Source: Eledone cirrhosa (lineage: Eukaryota). From it: a stretch of DNA of 64,000 nt. Below, in pieces: positions 26,366 to 41,085 of this stretch (the first letter of the stretch is position 1; each line of letters opens with the position of its first letter). Both the position numbers and the translations under genes were made by a program. The notes under the pieces are model-generated. The model made no database searches and was not told the origin of the DNA. It saw only the letters and a list, made by a program, of their open reading frames with translations. Where the stretch lies: positions 109,058,001-109,122,000 of the forward strand of contig OZ024740.1 of the NCBI GenBank assembly GCA_964016885.1, read 5' to 3'.

Positions 26366-27094
26366 CACATTTAAAGCAAGATCAGATAGTAAATCACATT
26401 CTAAGATGAATCCTAACTCCACCATCATTGTAAAGAAATAAAAACAGTAAAAGAAAAAACTTTGTGTTAATCCAATTCTTTTTTTAGTACTGAATATTGA
26501 TTATTTCCATTTTAAGTCAAAGGAATTTTATGTCACTGTTTTAGTGATATAATCAAATGTTAAGGCATTGCTCTATGGGAAAGAAGGAAAGTGAAAATGA
26601 AAGAGAGAAAGAGACACAGGGAGATAAGGGTATACATTTACACACACACACATATATATATATTTAATATAGAAATGGCTTCTACAGGAAAGCCGACTGT
26701 CAATGTAATATGCCTTGAGTACCTTACTTACTGTGGTTACCCCCGATTGAACTTGGGATAAACATATCTCTCTCTCTCATCACCATCATCATCATCATCA
26801 TTTTACGTCCGCTTTTCCCTGCTTGCAAGGGTGGGACAGGAATTGATTCTGGCTTGATTTCTACAGCTGGATGCCCTTCCTAACACCAACCTCATTTACA
26901 GTGAGTGCTGGGTGCTTTTTTTCCGTGGCACCTACACGACCACTTTGAAGTCCCTATCATCTCATTTCTACAGCTGAGTAAACTGGAGCAATGTGAAATA
27001 AAGTGTCTTGCTCAAGGAAACAACACATCACCCGGTCTGAGAATTGAACTCACAACCTACCGATTGCAAGGCCAATGCTCTATATATATATATA

Positions 27095-27132
<38 letters not shown>

Positions 27133-27399
27133 TACCTACTACAGTATATCAGTATTGACCACTGCTGCACCCCACTCCCATCCTTGTCATTTTATATCTG
27201 CTTTCCATGCAAACATGGCATGAATGGGTCAGTACAGTCCAAATCAGTTCTTGTTAGAAATTGGTCTAAGAGACTTCTCTAGCCCCCAAAAGAGAGAATT
27301 TAACCTGGTTAATTTTTTATTACTTAATTAGATGCAAAACTATGGCCCATGTCCCTGTTCAGGGACTCCAAGATTAGTGTATGGAGGGTAGTGGGCAGC

Positions 27400-27457
27400 A
27401 ATAGTGGTAGTAGTAATAGTAGGGTTGTTGTTGGTAGTAGCAGCAGTAGTAGTAGTA

Positions 27458-27535
<78 letters not shown>
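27400..27535. repeat. (TAG)n microsatellite
   Basis: Tandem AGT repeats. Confidence 0.9.
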
Positions 27536-30500
27536 AAACCAGCCTTTATAAAACAGACATTGTGTGATAGAGAATGCAGTGGTCAGAAAAGGTTATGAGA
27601 AGTTGTGTTTCAGAGTGACAAATAAACAATAATAATGGGTGGCAGCAGGAATAAGTGATGAATGAAATTATATTTCAACAATTAAGCTTAAACAGATAGA
27701 AAAATATTTTAATAATCTCATTCCTATAACTCATCATGTGATATCATCATCATCATGGCTTGGATTGTAATGACCTCACATGGCCAACCAATGCCAGCAT
27801 GAAAATGTGGTGATAAAATGATAATCCCACCCCCTCCTAAAAAAAATTACACAAAATAAATAGCATCTTGCTTCCAAAATGTTTTCAAATAGAACAAAAA
27901 TTTAATATGAATAAAAAAAAACATAGGCTGCTAAAAACAACTAATGAAACCAAGATATACCATCATCATCATATTCATTTTATGGCTGATTTCCATGATG
28001 GCATGGGTTTGATGGTTTATCATGATCTGAGCCAGTTCACCAACACTAGAGAGGTTGACATGTCCTTAGTAGGATTAAAGGATCATGTTCTGTTGATTAA
28101 CCACCAATTTTAGGATACACTAGGTGTATTTTATCATGACACAACTATAAGATTGGGTGTCATGTCCTTACATTATCTCCATTCAATTGCCAACCACTTT
28201 ATAGAGTATACTAGTTGTACTTTATTGTGGCATCAGTAACTGACAGGGTGCCATGTCTTCATGTTGTCTCCATTAGATAGCCAACCTCGTTACTGGGTGC
28301 ATTTTATTGTGGCACAGAACTAGAGAGAGTATCATATCCTCAACAACACTTCATTCAAGTTGTCTTCTCCATTAGGTTTCTAACCATTTTACATTTACAG
28401 AGTGTAACAGACATTGTCATTATGTGAACAAAAAGTGCTTTCTTATCAATGAGATGTCACAAAGTTACACATTTTAAATGACTTGGAGACTAGTAAATAG
28501 ATTAATGGAGTTTTAAAGAATAAATTTGCATTCCTATATACATCTACCTAACTTATTTAAACATGAGGATATATCCAACTATTTTAATAGCTTTTAACAG
28601 ATAACTTGATATTTCCTCTATTTCAAAACCCACTGGTTATTCTATTTGAATATTTTATGTTGAAATCTACACACTCTATACACATGTATGTTTATAATTT
28701 TACATTTTTATCACTCCCAAATAATTTCATTAACATTAGAAAAGTAAAATTTTCGACATTAGTTTGGGTGTGTATCTAAATGTTTTTAAATAGATGCGCT
28801 TATTATGAACATGATTATACATTCATATATTTCACCCACATCACTGTTATAGGTTAGATGCTTTTGTAAATGTCTGAATTTACATAAGTTTGTTCATTAC
28901 ATATTTATATTTAAATGCTTTCTCTAATGTCAAATACTTTATTCTATTGTAAAATGAACCCCTATTTTCTATCAATATGTGTTTATACAGTTTACAGAAA
29001 GCTTCTCTTTATTTCTCACTAGCTGTATATAGTTTAACTTCAATGTGTATTGATATAAACACAAAAAAAAAAAAACAGTTTTAATGACTGCTATTTAATA
29101 TTTAATATATCAATTTAGTCTGATTAAGCATTATAGTTGGTTATAGAATATATAGTTGATAGAATCAGCCTCACTACATTACATTGAATTTGTTTTATTG
29201 TTCAAAAGAATTTGAGCTGAGAATTTTTACAAAGCCACCCATGATTGATTCTGTTGGTTTTCACAATGATCATTCAGTCATTTTGATTAATGGAACATTT
29301 GACTTATGAATTAACATGTAAGTGGCTGAGTATTCTATAAACACCATATTCAGCCTTAATTCATAATTCTCAGGCAGAATCAATGTGATACAATATGTGA
29401 CACAGCTGGACCGTTAACCTTTTTAAGTGAAATTTCCTGAAATTTCCCTCATATAAAACTGCTTATTTTTTTTTTTACTAAAAACCTTCCACCATAATTT
29501 TATGTAGGAATCGTCGTTAAATTTTGTTTCAAACAAGTTTAATAACGAGAAAGTAAATTTACTAAATCCCTCCAAATTCTTGACTATTTGCAAACCACAG
29601 TTAGTGTCTTTCATTAGAAATATGGTAAGAAAAAAGTTCAATTATAAGTGCAATATAGCTGAGTTGAGTCCATTCTCCTCAACGGATGTGAGTCTGCTGG
29701 CAGAGTTCTTTTCTAGAAACCTGATGCATGCAGATGAGTTGGGAGACCAACCACTATACTGATGGATGTTTTTGAAGATAACACCGGGTTGGAGGCAGGA
29801 GAAATTCAGATGGCAATGCTAGACAGGGTGAGCTGGAGGAGGAACTTTGCCATGGTACCAGTAAAAGCTGTATAGAAGAAGATATAGCTAACAGGCATCC
29901 AAACGGTCTTTGACTACCTAATTTCACTCACAAAGCTTGGGTCAACTTAATGGTTATGATAAAGATACTTGCCCAAGATGCCACACAGTGGGATAAAACC
30001 TGAGCCCCTATAACTGCGAAGTAAACTTCTTAACCACACAGCTATGCTAGATATAACCAAATGATATTAGTGAAGTTCATCATTATTTTCACATATCCAA
30101 TACCAAATTGATAGCAGGAAATTGTGGATACCTTTCCTTAAAAGACCAGGTACTTATACTCAATACCAAATTGAACAAAACATGTACAGTGAGACCACAT
30201 CTTATGCAGCTTTAAAAAGAGCAGTTTTGAATATATGCAGTTGGAAAAAACACTTTTTTTATTTCTAAAAAAGCTGTAAAACTCTTAACATACTGTTCCA
30301 CATGAAACCACATCACCTAATATAAGAGAGAAAACTCCAACCCCTTCCTCTATCATTTTTTAATGAGTTTTCTTAATCTCAAGAGAACCTGACATTATGA
30401 CTTTCTCTAAAACATTGATGTGTTTAGTTTTACATAAAAGTCTTGAACATAATATGGGGAAGTGAAAAACTTCTTGATCAAATAAGATGCTGTCCCACTG

Positions 30501-31307
30501 TAGAATTGTCTCTTATCCACAGATAAAACAAAGTATCTGTAGTTGATATTCCTTTATTCTTTTACTGGTTTCATTCATTTGACTGCAGACATGCTAGGGT
30601 ACCGCCATTTTTAATAGATCATATTGACCCACAGTACTTATTTTATTGATCTCTTTTTGTTGAACTGCTAAGTTACAGAATATAGACAGACACAAGCACA
30701 AACATAAATGCACACACACACACAAGCATATATATATATTTACAACCATGCCTGCACCTATATAATTGAATAAAATTTCAAAACTTACCCATCCTATTAA
30801 ACAAATATTTTATAGGTTAGGCATTGATAACCTTTTACTAGCAGTTGGCCGAAAGATATGGCACATCATAAATAGAGCTACACCACTGAAAGACTACCAT
30901 ATATACAGGGAACTTTTCCCCATAAAAATGATGTGAAAAATCAGCAGGCCACTTATCTACTGAACCTACAAAACCTCAATTTGAAATACTGTAATATATT
31001 GCTTTAAAAAGGACACTATGGTAAATATGAAGCCTGCCATGGGGCCTGCAAGGTTGACCCCCTGTTTTAGCAAGGAAAATGGCCTTAAACCCTTCTTGTT
31101 CGAATAAAATGCAAAGAAAATATTTTTTTTAAAATGATACACAAGCTATATATAGACAAAAGAGAGTCTTAATTATATCCTATAATTCTATAATTGTTAA
31201 TAATATAATAGGCACAGAAAAATATTTAAAAAAATCAAATTAAATCAAAATAAATTAAATTGTTAAGATAATGTTGAAGATAACCGAGATGGGAAAATAT
31301 AAAAAAA

Positions 31308-31493
31308 TAATTGTTTCTACGTTAGGCACAAGGCCAGCAATTACCCAGTGCATTACTGGTACTTTTATTTTATCGACCCCGTAAGGATGAAAGGCAAAGT
31401 CAACCTCGGCGGGATTTGAACTCAGATCGTAAAGAAACGTAACTATGCTGGAAAGCATGACGTCCAACCCTCTACCGATACTGCCAATCCACC
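31308..31493 (-). mobile_element. tRNA-derived SINE family A
   Basis: Family A sequence; probable TSD AATATAAAAAAA(A)TAAT on both sides. Confidence 0.9.
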
Positions 31494-32269
31494 AATATAA
31501 AAAAATAATAAATATTACTACTACTAATAATAATAACAATTTCTTTATCATTAATAATAAATAATAATAAACAAAATAAAATACAAAAAAATTTGAATGC
31601 AGTGCTTTTGTAAGCCTTTGTAGATGAGTATCTGATGAGTTGTTCATTGCTGTTGCTGCCAAATGTTGTTATGGATGTTGAATCATGCATGACTTACACT
31701 ATTTTTGAATGCAGTCAATTTATGAATGAATCGTGCCCTACTATTTATCAACACTGAGATGACTGTTATACTGTTGACAAACTACTATATAATTTTCAAG
31801 TGCTTTTTAAATCACAATCACACTTCTCAATTCACTTTCTCACACAAGTATCTTAAAGATTCTATTTCAGAAAGCCCTCCCCTCTTTTACATTTTTCAGT
31901 TGAACAAGCCACATGCTGGGATGATGATGCCACAAGTCCAGAATGAGAAGCTGTGAGGCAGTAGCATCAGCAGGTATGAATCAATATTACCATCAACATA
32001 AGCTACATGTCAACAAGCTTTCAAGTATTTAGATTGGTTGTAATACCAATATAATCATACAACAACAACAATTTATATTTATTTAATTGCTTGAATGACA
32101 AATTAATTTTTTTTTATTATTAGAATCCTTTTTCCTGCTATTTTTGTTATAGAAAAAGATAAGAAGAAAACAAATCAATAATTGGTGTGTTAATATAGAA
32201 ATATCTTTGGGTTTCCTTCACAATAAAAAAAAAAAAAAATGTGAAGAAAATCTTTTTATCCCATTCTTC

Positions 32270-32512
32270 AGTCTGGCTGAGCATATGACAACCTCACTAG
32301 TGCTGGTTCTGTGATAAAATGCACCCAGTGCACTCTGTAAAGTGGTTGGTGTTAGGAAAGGTATCCAGCCACAGAATCCATGCCAAATATGGAAAATATG
32401 AGCAGGATGAAGCCTCTCTAGTATTTTTAGTCTTGGACTGTGACAACCCATTCAATATGTCACTATGGAAAGCAGATGTAAAATGATGATGATGATGATG
32501 ATGATGATGATA
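32270..32512 (+). mobile_element. Old RTE 3'-UTR-type fragment
   Basis: GCACCCAGTGCACTCTGTAAAGTGGTTGGTGTTAGGAAAGGTATCCAGC and (GAT)n tail, as in the RTE 3' UTRs; similar fragments at about 555-890, 26780-26940 and 35280-35500. Confidence 0.65.
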
Positions 32513-33515
32513 TAACATCTATTTTCCCCATTTGGTGGTTGTTGCAGTCCAGTCACATACACTGAATTTGGGAAGATGGACAGTCCGTGTTTGATTTGCT
32601 GAGTTTGGAGGGTGAGTATGGTTCGGTCTGTTAGGAGTCATGTTTGGTTTAGAGGGTATGCTGAGTGTTTGTGGACTAATTGGAGTAATAAAGGTTTTAT
32701 TTACATATATAAGGATAAAATAATAAGTCAGAAGAAACTTGTGGTGGTTTGCATCAGTAAGAAATATACAATGAAGTTTGTACTTTTAGATAAGTATATA
32801 TATTGTATAGAGAAAGGGAATCTTAAAATGCTTATATGTGTTGATAGGTAAATAGTACGATGTCATGTTGATGATGCTTATTAAGTCAGGAACACATGGT
32901 TGTGTCTTGCTCCTGCAATGTATATAATAATGGTTAGGAAATGAATCTTCGGCTCTAACACTGATGCTTTTAAACCAATTTCTTAACTTCATGAATCCCT
33001 CCACATACACACACAGAACGCCTATAAATTTAAATATAAATTAATTGTCATATATATCTTAGTTGAAGATGTCTATTCTATAAAGTGAACCTGTTAAATT
33101 AAACCTGAAATCAATAATTCATTCCTTCATAAATATATAGATAACTACTGTAAATATTACCATTTGTTTTCTTACAGATATTTGTACATTGTTTGTAATT
33201 TTACTTTGATTATGTAATTATTCTTCAGTTTTATTTTCAAACTTATAACCTAAATAGGCTTTCTAAGGCCCACTGAAATTCTATAATGGACACAAACATC
33301 TGGAATGGCATCACAATGGCTAACAGTATCAGATACTGGAACCTGATTGATTAAACCTGAATAGGAGGTAGGATCTAAATATATCTTGATAATAACTGAA
33401 TGAATCTGGTTTAAAATAGGTACACTATCCCTGTGTGATGTAAAAGGGTGGGCATCAGGAAAGATATCAAAATGTTAAACATTGACTCAAAAGGGGCCTA
33501 ATTGATGAGTATGTG

Positions 33516-33640
33516 AAGGCATGTAGCCTAGTGGTTAGGTGTTGGAATCATGAGCATAAAATCACTGGTTCAATTCCAGCACCTTGTGGTGCATTGTGTT
33601 TTGAGCAAAACACTTCATTTCATATTACTTTACATGATAG
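33516..33640 (+). mobile_element. Decayed CORE-type SINE
   Basis: GGCATGTAGCCTAGTGGTTAGG..GGTTCAATTCC head, then TGTGTTTTGAGCAAAACAC. Confidence 0.6.
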
Positions 33641-34190
33641 TACTGGGGCACCTATCATTAACATATCTCAAAAACCACCTATTAGATGAAACAACATTGG
33701 AAGCCATACATAGATACAACATTGATGTATATAAAATGTGTAATGGGAACCACGAGGCTAACATCTGCTTTATCAGGTAAAAATCACCTTAAAATGGTTG
33801 CTGTACAAATACACAGATTAATATGGGGATGATCATCTAGTTGTAATAAAAATACCAATATAAAATACAATTTGTGTGCAAATACAAAAGTTGACTTTAC
33901 TAAGCAGACCACAGGCAAAACTGCAAAGTCACAATCAACTTTTTCCTTGTATAGAAAGCTTGCCAAACAAGGGGTTACAAGAACCCTTCAGTTTGTGTCA
34001 AAAGACATGATAACTTCTCCTCTGCACTTGGCGTGACCGTATGTAAATGGGATACAAACCCCTGGGCTTGTCTGGGAGGTCAGTAGTTCCGCTTCAGTAC
34101 TGACTTGGTATATGTAGACCTGTCCAACCCTTGCTAGCAGAGAAAGCGGATGTTAAAATGACAATGATGATGATGATGATGATGATATAT

Positions 34191-34227
<37 letters not shown>

Positions 34228-34378
34228 ATGTGGATATGCTTTCCTCCTAAGCCTATTCCTCTTAAAGTGTTAAGTCAGTATCAGTATCTAATCTTCTTCC
34301 TGTAACATTTATTGCCTTACATTATAAAAACTTTACCCATAACATGTTCCACCCATTTTATATATATATGTGTGTGTG

Positions 34379-34439
<61 letters not shown>

Positions 34440-34478
34440 ATGTGTGTGTGTTGGTGTGCAAATGTATATACACCCCCA

Positions 34479-34514
<36 letters not shown>

Positions 34515-35613
34515 CCACACATATATATATATTTGAGGAAATTATCAACCACACCTCTTTGTAAATGCAAATCCTAGGCAAACTAATAAATCTAACCTTT
34601 TCTCTTCAAATGACATTAGATATTTTACTAACCATTATGTAGTAGTTAAATACCTCCTTTCACATTCAGAGTTCAAATCCCACTTATGTTGACTTTCTTG
34701 AATACCACCATGATCAATAATAAAAACATAAGAAAAGGAAAGGAGCAAATCCTCAAATCAAACCAATGAAACTATATTTCCATTGATCTTTCCATTGTTG
34801 ATACTATCTGCTGGACGCAATTCTTGGCAAAAGCATTACAACTGGTAACAGGAGATGGGATATGAACTCAGAACGCTCAAATATAAAAGCATTCAAGTGA
34901 ATTCTTTAACAATTCTGCCAATTTACTGTCCCAGGACTGGTACTTTGCCTATCAGCCTTGAAAGGATTAATGACTGGTATGGACATGTGATGTGCATGGA
35001 TGGTAATTGCTGGGTGAAGAAGTGCCAAGAAATTCCAATGGTAGACCAAAGACTTGGGCAGAGGTGGTGAGAGCTGAACTCAATCACTGAAACTCACAGA
35101 GGAGATGATGAAGTGCTGAAAAGGTTCTGTTCAACTCATGCAAGCATAGAAAAATGGATGTAAAAATGATGATGATGTATTTGTCACAAGTTTGAGTAAT
35201 ACCTGGAATCCACTGAAATTACTATACTTCCTCATCTTCATCCACATTAAATAATTAGTAATCTTGTAACAGTTATTATTCATCTTCATCATTGTTTTAC
35301 AACTGTTATTCCATGCTGGCATAGGAGAGGTTGTTACAGTTCAAGTCAGTTTTTAGTTTGCATTATTGTATTCCTAAATAAGACGTCATACTCATATGTT
35401 CAAATTTTGGCATGGTTTCTAAGGCTGAATACCCTTCCTAGAACTACCACTTTATAGAGTGTAGTGGGTGAATTTTATTGTGGCACCTACACTAAAGAGG
35501 TTGCTTCATCCTTCACAAGACTAAAGGGTCCTCTCTGTCCTATGCTGCCTCTATTCAATCATCAACTACTTTACAGAATGTACAGGGTATCATCATCATC
35601 ATCGTTATTATTA

Positions 35614-35810
35614 GGGCGGTGAATTGGCAGTATCGGTGGAGGGTCGGACGCCATGCTTTCCAGCATAGTTATGTCCCTTTACGGTCTGAGTTCAAATCCT
35701 GTCAAGGTTAACTTTGCCTTTCATCCTTACGGGGTCGATAAAATAAAGTACCAGTAATGTACTGGGTAATTGTTGGCCTTGTGCCTAAAGTAGAAACAAT
35801 TATTATTATT
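35614..35810 (+). mobile_element. tRNA-derived SINE family A
   Basis: GGGCGGTGAATTGGCAGTATCGG..GAGTTCAAATCC..GGCCTTGTGCCTAAAGTAGAAACAATTATTATT. Confidence 0.92.
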
Positions 35811-36010
35811 GAGTCTGAACGGACATCTTTTTGCTCGCTCCCGTAAGTTTATTTATTTACCTGTCAAAACTTATTTATTGAATTTTTTGTTGTGTAAGGC
35901 ATACAAGCCCTTGGACTTTGCCCTGTGAAGAGGAAAGAATAATATTTGGGTCTTTTGGCCCAAATATTTGAACTTTTACATTTAAAAAAATTATCAAAAA
36001 AAAAAGAAAC

Positions 36011-37727
36011 ATGGCTAACAACACCACTAACATGAAAACAAATAGCAACAACACCAACAGCAACAATACCAACTGCACCAAGAACAACGGTGGCACCAAA
36101 GACAACAATGATAATAGCGACTGATAACAACAACACCAACAAGAACAACGACAACAACAACAACACCCCCAACAACAACAACAAGAACACTTTCGCTGCG
36201 GCAGCAGCAAAAAAGATGCCATGCTTCAACATGGACCTCTCAAACAAAGATGAAAAGTTGGCCCAGGCCTGGAAGCTCATCAAGCGAGAGCAAACCAACT
36301 TAACTGTCCCGGTAGAAGCTATTGAGGCAGTGGAGCGCAGAACAGTGCATTATAGATGCATCTCAGCACAAACCAAAAGGGCAGCTTTAATTCTACAAGC
36401 AGATGTCAAAGTCGCGCTGAGGTGCATCAGAGAAGGCACCGAATACATAGCGAGGGGCAGACAGTGCGGCACCATTTCGGTGCTGTTCAAGTCAGAAGCC
36501 CTCGCTATGAAACACGCTATGACTCCTTGCAAAACCAGCAAGGTCATAATGTACCCCTCCCACATGGCAAAAAGAACGGCCCGTCTCCGCATTCCCAGAA
36601 TCCCACCAGGACTTGACATGTGGTGGCTTCTGGGATGTGTGATTGTGGAGGGGACGGATACCGTCCTGATAGAAGTGCCAAGAACGGCCAGAGAGGACTG
36701 GTCCGGAGTTGACCTGGAGATACTTCTTCAGATCAGGCCCGAGAATGTGAAGACAATCCCGGACCACATCCGCCTTTAGAATGGGACGGTCATTCATATT
36801 ATGACCGAGGGCAAAAGGCCACATTGTTTTGTTTGTGGGCAAAAAACCCATTTGCAAGCCTTCTACCCTCAACTGCTGAAAGATGCAAGGGGTCGAAGGG
36901 CTCCACTGTTGCCGACGCCGGGGCGAGGACCACAACCAACACCAGAACCGGCAAAACCACCAACAACACCAATAGAAAGACCACCACCAACATTGACCAC
37001 CCAGGGGGGAAACAAGGAAAGTTGTCAAATTCCCCCTCCCCCCAAAATACACACATCAATAAAAACAAACACACACACAGACACAGACCCCTCATCTACC
37101 AGTAGTGAAGATGAGGGAAAACCAAAATCCCCCAAAATACAAAAAAGGAAACACAAAAAGAAAAAAAAAACTCAACAAAGCACAAAATCACCCACAATAA
37201 AAAATGCAGACACCACTCATGCAAACATCTCTCCAATAAAACCAAAATCAACACCACCATCACCATCACCAGAATCCCCCAAATGCAAACAACCTAAACA
37301 GACGCAAGAACAAATACACACACAAACATCTGAAACCACAGACACCGCACTCACAACAAACACAGACACAACCGAAACAACACCACCACAGCCACACAAA
37401 CAAATAAAATTACACCAACAAAACATACAAAACTTCGTGCTCATCAGGAGAGCCAACAAGGAACTGATGGCCCTCGTAGCACGAAGTGAAAATATACAAA
37501 AAGAGGGGGAAATTTTAAAATCGAGCACATTTTGCGTGCCGGAAGATTTGTTTCTGGTGCGAATATCGCTCGATTTATACAAAGAGATACGAGACAGCTT
37601 TCCTCGGGACCTGGAAAGCCCGAACGTAAAACCCACTTCAAGACTTTTAAAGGGGTTCCCAAAAGAAACCCTACCAACTATGGAGGTCAAACCACCCGAC
37701 TTTCACAAGAGCTCGGAAAGTAAATAA
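36011..37727 (+). pseudogene. Tx1 ORF1 (Asn-rich N-terminus, TFAAAA motif, degenerate zinc knuckle, Pro/Thr/Lys-rich tail)
   Basis: ATG at 36011 with an early frameshift; ORFs 36090-36779 and 36801-37727 share a frame, separated by one TAG; CFVCGQKTHLQAFY. Confidence 0.75.
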
Positions 37728-37758
37728 ACCTTTCCTCTCTCTCTTTTAACTTGCCAAC

Positions 37759-40700
37759 ATGGCCGTATTAAGAGTAGGAAGTTTAAATGTTCGAGGCCTG
37801 GGATCGTCCTGGAAGCAGGGTCACCTGCTCAACGACCTCAGGTCTCTAGAAATGGATGTAATTGCCGTCAGCGAGACCAGGATTTCCGACACGCGCTCAC
37901 TAGCCCCCATTTACGACGACTATCAGATCTTTGCATCTGTTAGTCGGCCGGGAATGGGAGGTGGGGTGACAGTGTTGTTTAGGAAAGGCCTGGATCTCGA
38001 GGTAAGGTCGATCTTCCGGGACCCGGACGGGAAGTTGGTGGTCCTGGACGTGAACAATAACGAAGGTGGTGCCTTTAGACTGGTGGCCATCTACACCCCT
38101 ACTGGGGCAGGACAGGCAGACTTCTTTAGATGCCTGGAAGCCTTTCTGTGTACGTCTCGCCCTTTACTGTTAGTGGGGGACTGGAATGGCATCTTAGACG
38201 CACACTGGGACTGTGTGGAAGACTCCGATAGGAGCGGGGGTGCAAAAGCCTCAAGAACCTGATCAGCCAGTTCTAACTGTCTGACGGGTACCGACTAGAT
38301 TTCCCTAATGCGCCAGTGTGAACCTGGACTAACCGCATAGGGTCATCTAGATCGTATATAGACAGGATATTCATTAGGAAAATAGACAGAAATAGTGTAA
38401 GCTGTCCACGTTTTAAAACGGTCGATTATTCAGATCACAAGTTTGTGATCTGTATGGTCGACCTAGATAAGACGCGTTGGTTAGGACCTGGTTACTGGAA
38501 GCTAAACATGTCATTTCCGGCACGTAAGGCTTACAGGGACTAGGTCAACAATTTAGTTAAGAAAAAGTTGACAGGGTGGTAATAAAACCACGATTCGGTC
38601 TTTGACGGACCGAGACGGACACGAGCTGAGTGATTCCAAGCGGATGTGTGAGGCCTTTCGCCAACATTTTGCTCGGTTGTTCGGGGGAAGTGGTGGGTCA
38701 GAGACGGTGGCGGACTTCAGTCCCTACCTCGATGGCTTGTCGCAACTCTCGATGGCTGACCCTGGGTGCTGCGAAAGGCTGATTACTTCAGCCGAGATTC
38801 AGGATGCCTTTGACGGCTGCATGAGGCGCAAGTCACCCGGTTTGGATGGTCTGCCCTACGAGCTTTACGTAAATATGCCAGACTTGTTCTCCAATCTCCT
38901 CGAAGCCCTTTACTGCAGCTGGCAGCAAAACGGGATTATTCCCAGTTCTGTGAGCCGGGGCGTAGTGACGCTGATAAGGAAAGACGAGAACAAGTGGGAC
39001 ACATTAGACAATTTCAGCTCTGCTCAACACAGAGTTTAAGATTTTGGCCAGGGTGTTAGCGAACAGGTTGGCGCTTGTCGTCGGGGATTTGGTTGGGGAG
39101 GCGCAAACTTGCGCAATCCCAACCAGGTCCATACACGACAACATCCACCTAATGCGATACATCATAGAGAGGGTAGGGTGTAAACCTGGCTTCAGTGGGG
39201 CTCTGATCAATTTAGATCAATCAAAAGCATTCGATAGGGTCGACCATCGGTACCTGGAGGCTGTCCTCAAGGCGGCTGGCTTCAGCCCCGTCTTCAGAAG
39301 CTGGATTGCTGCAATGCACAGTGGCACCTGCTTAGTGGTCGAAATTAATGGCCACCTCTCGGAACCGTTTCAGGTATCCTGATCGGTCCGTCAAGAGTGC
39401 CCTCTCTTTACCCTTCTGTACATATTGACTCTCGAGCCTTTACTGCGGAAGCTGGAACTGTTGCAGAGTATCCCGGAACGCGGAAACGCTGTGTTGGCTT
39501 ATGCATATGACATCACCGTGATGGTGTCGGACACCTCAGAAATTGAGGTTGTCGGCAACTTATTGGAGGAATATGAAAGGTTGACGGTAGCAAAACTTAA
39601 CCCGGAAAAGTCGGTGGGCTTGCAACTCGGCACCTGGAGAGGCAAGTCCATGTTGTCCAACAGTGTCGTTAGGCGCTGGACGGACGGACCGGTAAAGTTG
39701 CTCGGGGTTTGGTTTGGGCCAGACCTCCAGGTGGATAAGAATTGTGATGAGGTGACGGGCAGGGTAGCCAGTCTCACCCAGAAATGGGCTGGGAGGAAGC
39801 TATCACTAAAAGGTCGGGCGGAGGTGGCAAACGCGTATATCACGTCCGTCATCTACTACCGTCTGACCGTCGTCCCTTGCCCCCGTTCGCGCCTCGCCAT
39901 CTGGGAGCGGCTCCTCTTCAAATTCTTGTGGAGGGGTCAGGTTCCGCTGGTGAGGCAGTCCATCTGCTGCCAGCACCCTCTACGTGGAGGGCTGGGCATG
40001 TCGTGGCTAATGATGCGCAGACATGCGCTGAGGCTGCGGCATCTCCAGATATTCTTCCTAAACGATGAACAGGTGTGGTTGCCGTGGGCCTTTCCGCAGC
40101 TCGTTTCTTTGACTGAGCTTCAGTCCTGGGTCAAGAAGAGACCGAGATTGGGTGACTGGCATCTGGAAGGTTGCCAGGCACTCACTGCCCTCTACCAGGT
40201 GGGCAATGCGGTCAGTGGAACTTCCACTCTTGAGTTCTATAGAGGATTAGTGGTGGGAAAGTGCAACGACGCACTTGGAGAGGCTCTGGGAGTCGACAAA
40301 GACGAACTAACCAGTATGTTCGGAGGACTTTCGAGCCAGGGATGATGGATACTTTCCCAAAATCCCTCGCTTGGCAGTGCTACTGAGGGGCACTGCCGGT
40401 TCGAGATAAACTCTACAGGCACGGAATTGCTGTCAGACGGACCTGCCCGAGATGCGCGCAAAGCGACGAAACCGTTCTGTACGCACTTGTCCAGTGTCCG
40501 TGCATTACTGACTTGTGGAGTTATGTCGAACAGCTGTTGTCGCGTGTAGAACGGATCCAGCTATCGGCCGAGTCCATAGTGAAGATCAACCCGCCGCCTT
40601 CTTTTGGCCAGGAAGAGCAGGCAATTTTCCTGTCTGGTGGCAGTAGCGAAAGAGGTTATATGGTGGACGAGGTTGAAAGGACTGAAGACAGACACTTTTC

Positions 40701-40840
40701 TCTTCAGCCAATCCCTCATCAACTTTTTCAAGTTTCACTTGGAAAGGAAGGTGAGGGTGGAGAGAGAAGTGGGTGAATGTGGCGAGAATGGCCCGTGTGA
40801 GTGGGCCTACTCTGGTCATGCGCCTGTAGGTGGGTAAATT
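37759..40840 (+). pseudogene. Tx1 ORF2 (APE endonuclease + reverse transcriptase), fragmented
   Basis: SLNVRGL, SETR, GDWN, KSPGLDGLP, LDQSKAFDRVDH, LAYAYD, KLLGVWFG and GGLG; many stops and frameshifts; apparent linker deletion near 38580. Confidence 0.92.
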
Positions 40841-41085
40841 TGAGGAGGAGAGGGGTGCCCTTCCAGGATGCTCTCGAAGCGTCGGGTCCTTCAGGATTGG
40901 TGGGATACCTGAGCGAATCCTGGGTGGTTATCCCTCCTATTGGGGAATTTTTCTTGTTACTTTGTTATTGTTATTCATATTGTTTACTCGATTTTTCTGT
41001 AAAACCCCACTGTCCCAGTCTTTTGTATTGTCCCCTATATGTCGGCCCTTGTGGCCAATAAATGAAATCATTATTATTATCCCTT

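Larger units (their letters stand above)
35811..41080 (+). mobile_element. L1/Tx1-clade non-LTR retrotransposon, near full length, decayed
   Basis: Two-ORF layout: ORF1 with CCHC-like knuckle, ORF2 with APE endonuclease, RT and C-terminal Cys motif; 3' end CCCTTGTGGCCAATAAATGAAATC(ATT)n. Confidence 0.92.

Noticed and set aside
31900-31973. Exon-like segment with good acceptor and donor on the + strand
   Set aside because: Stops in all three frames and no supporting neighbouring exons; cannot be supported without transcript data
36777-36779. In-frame TAG in Tx1 ORF1 as programmed readthrough
   Set aside because: The element has many other disabling mutations, so a nonsense mutation is the simpler explanation
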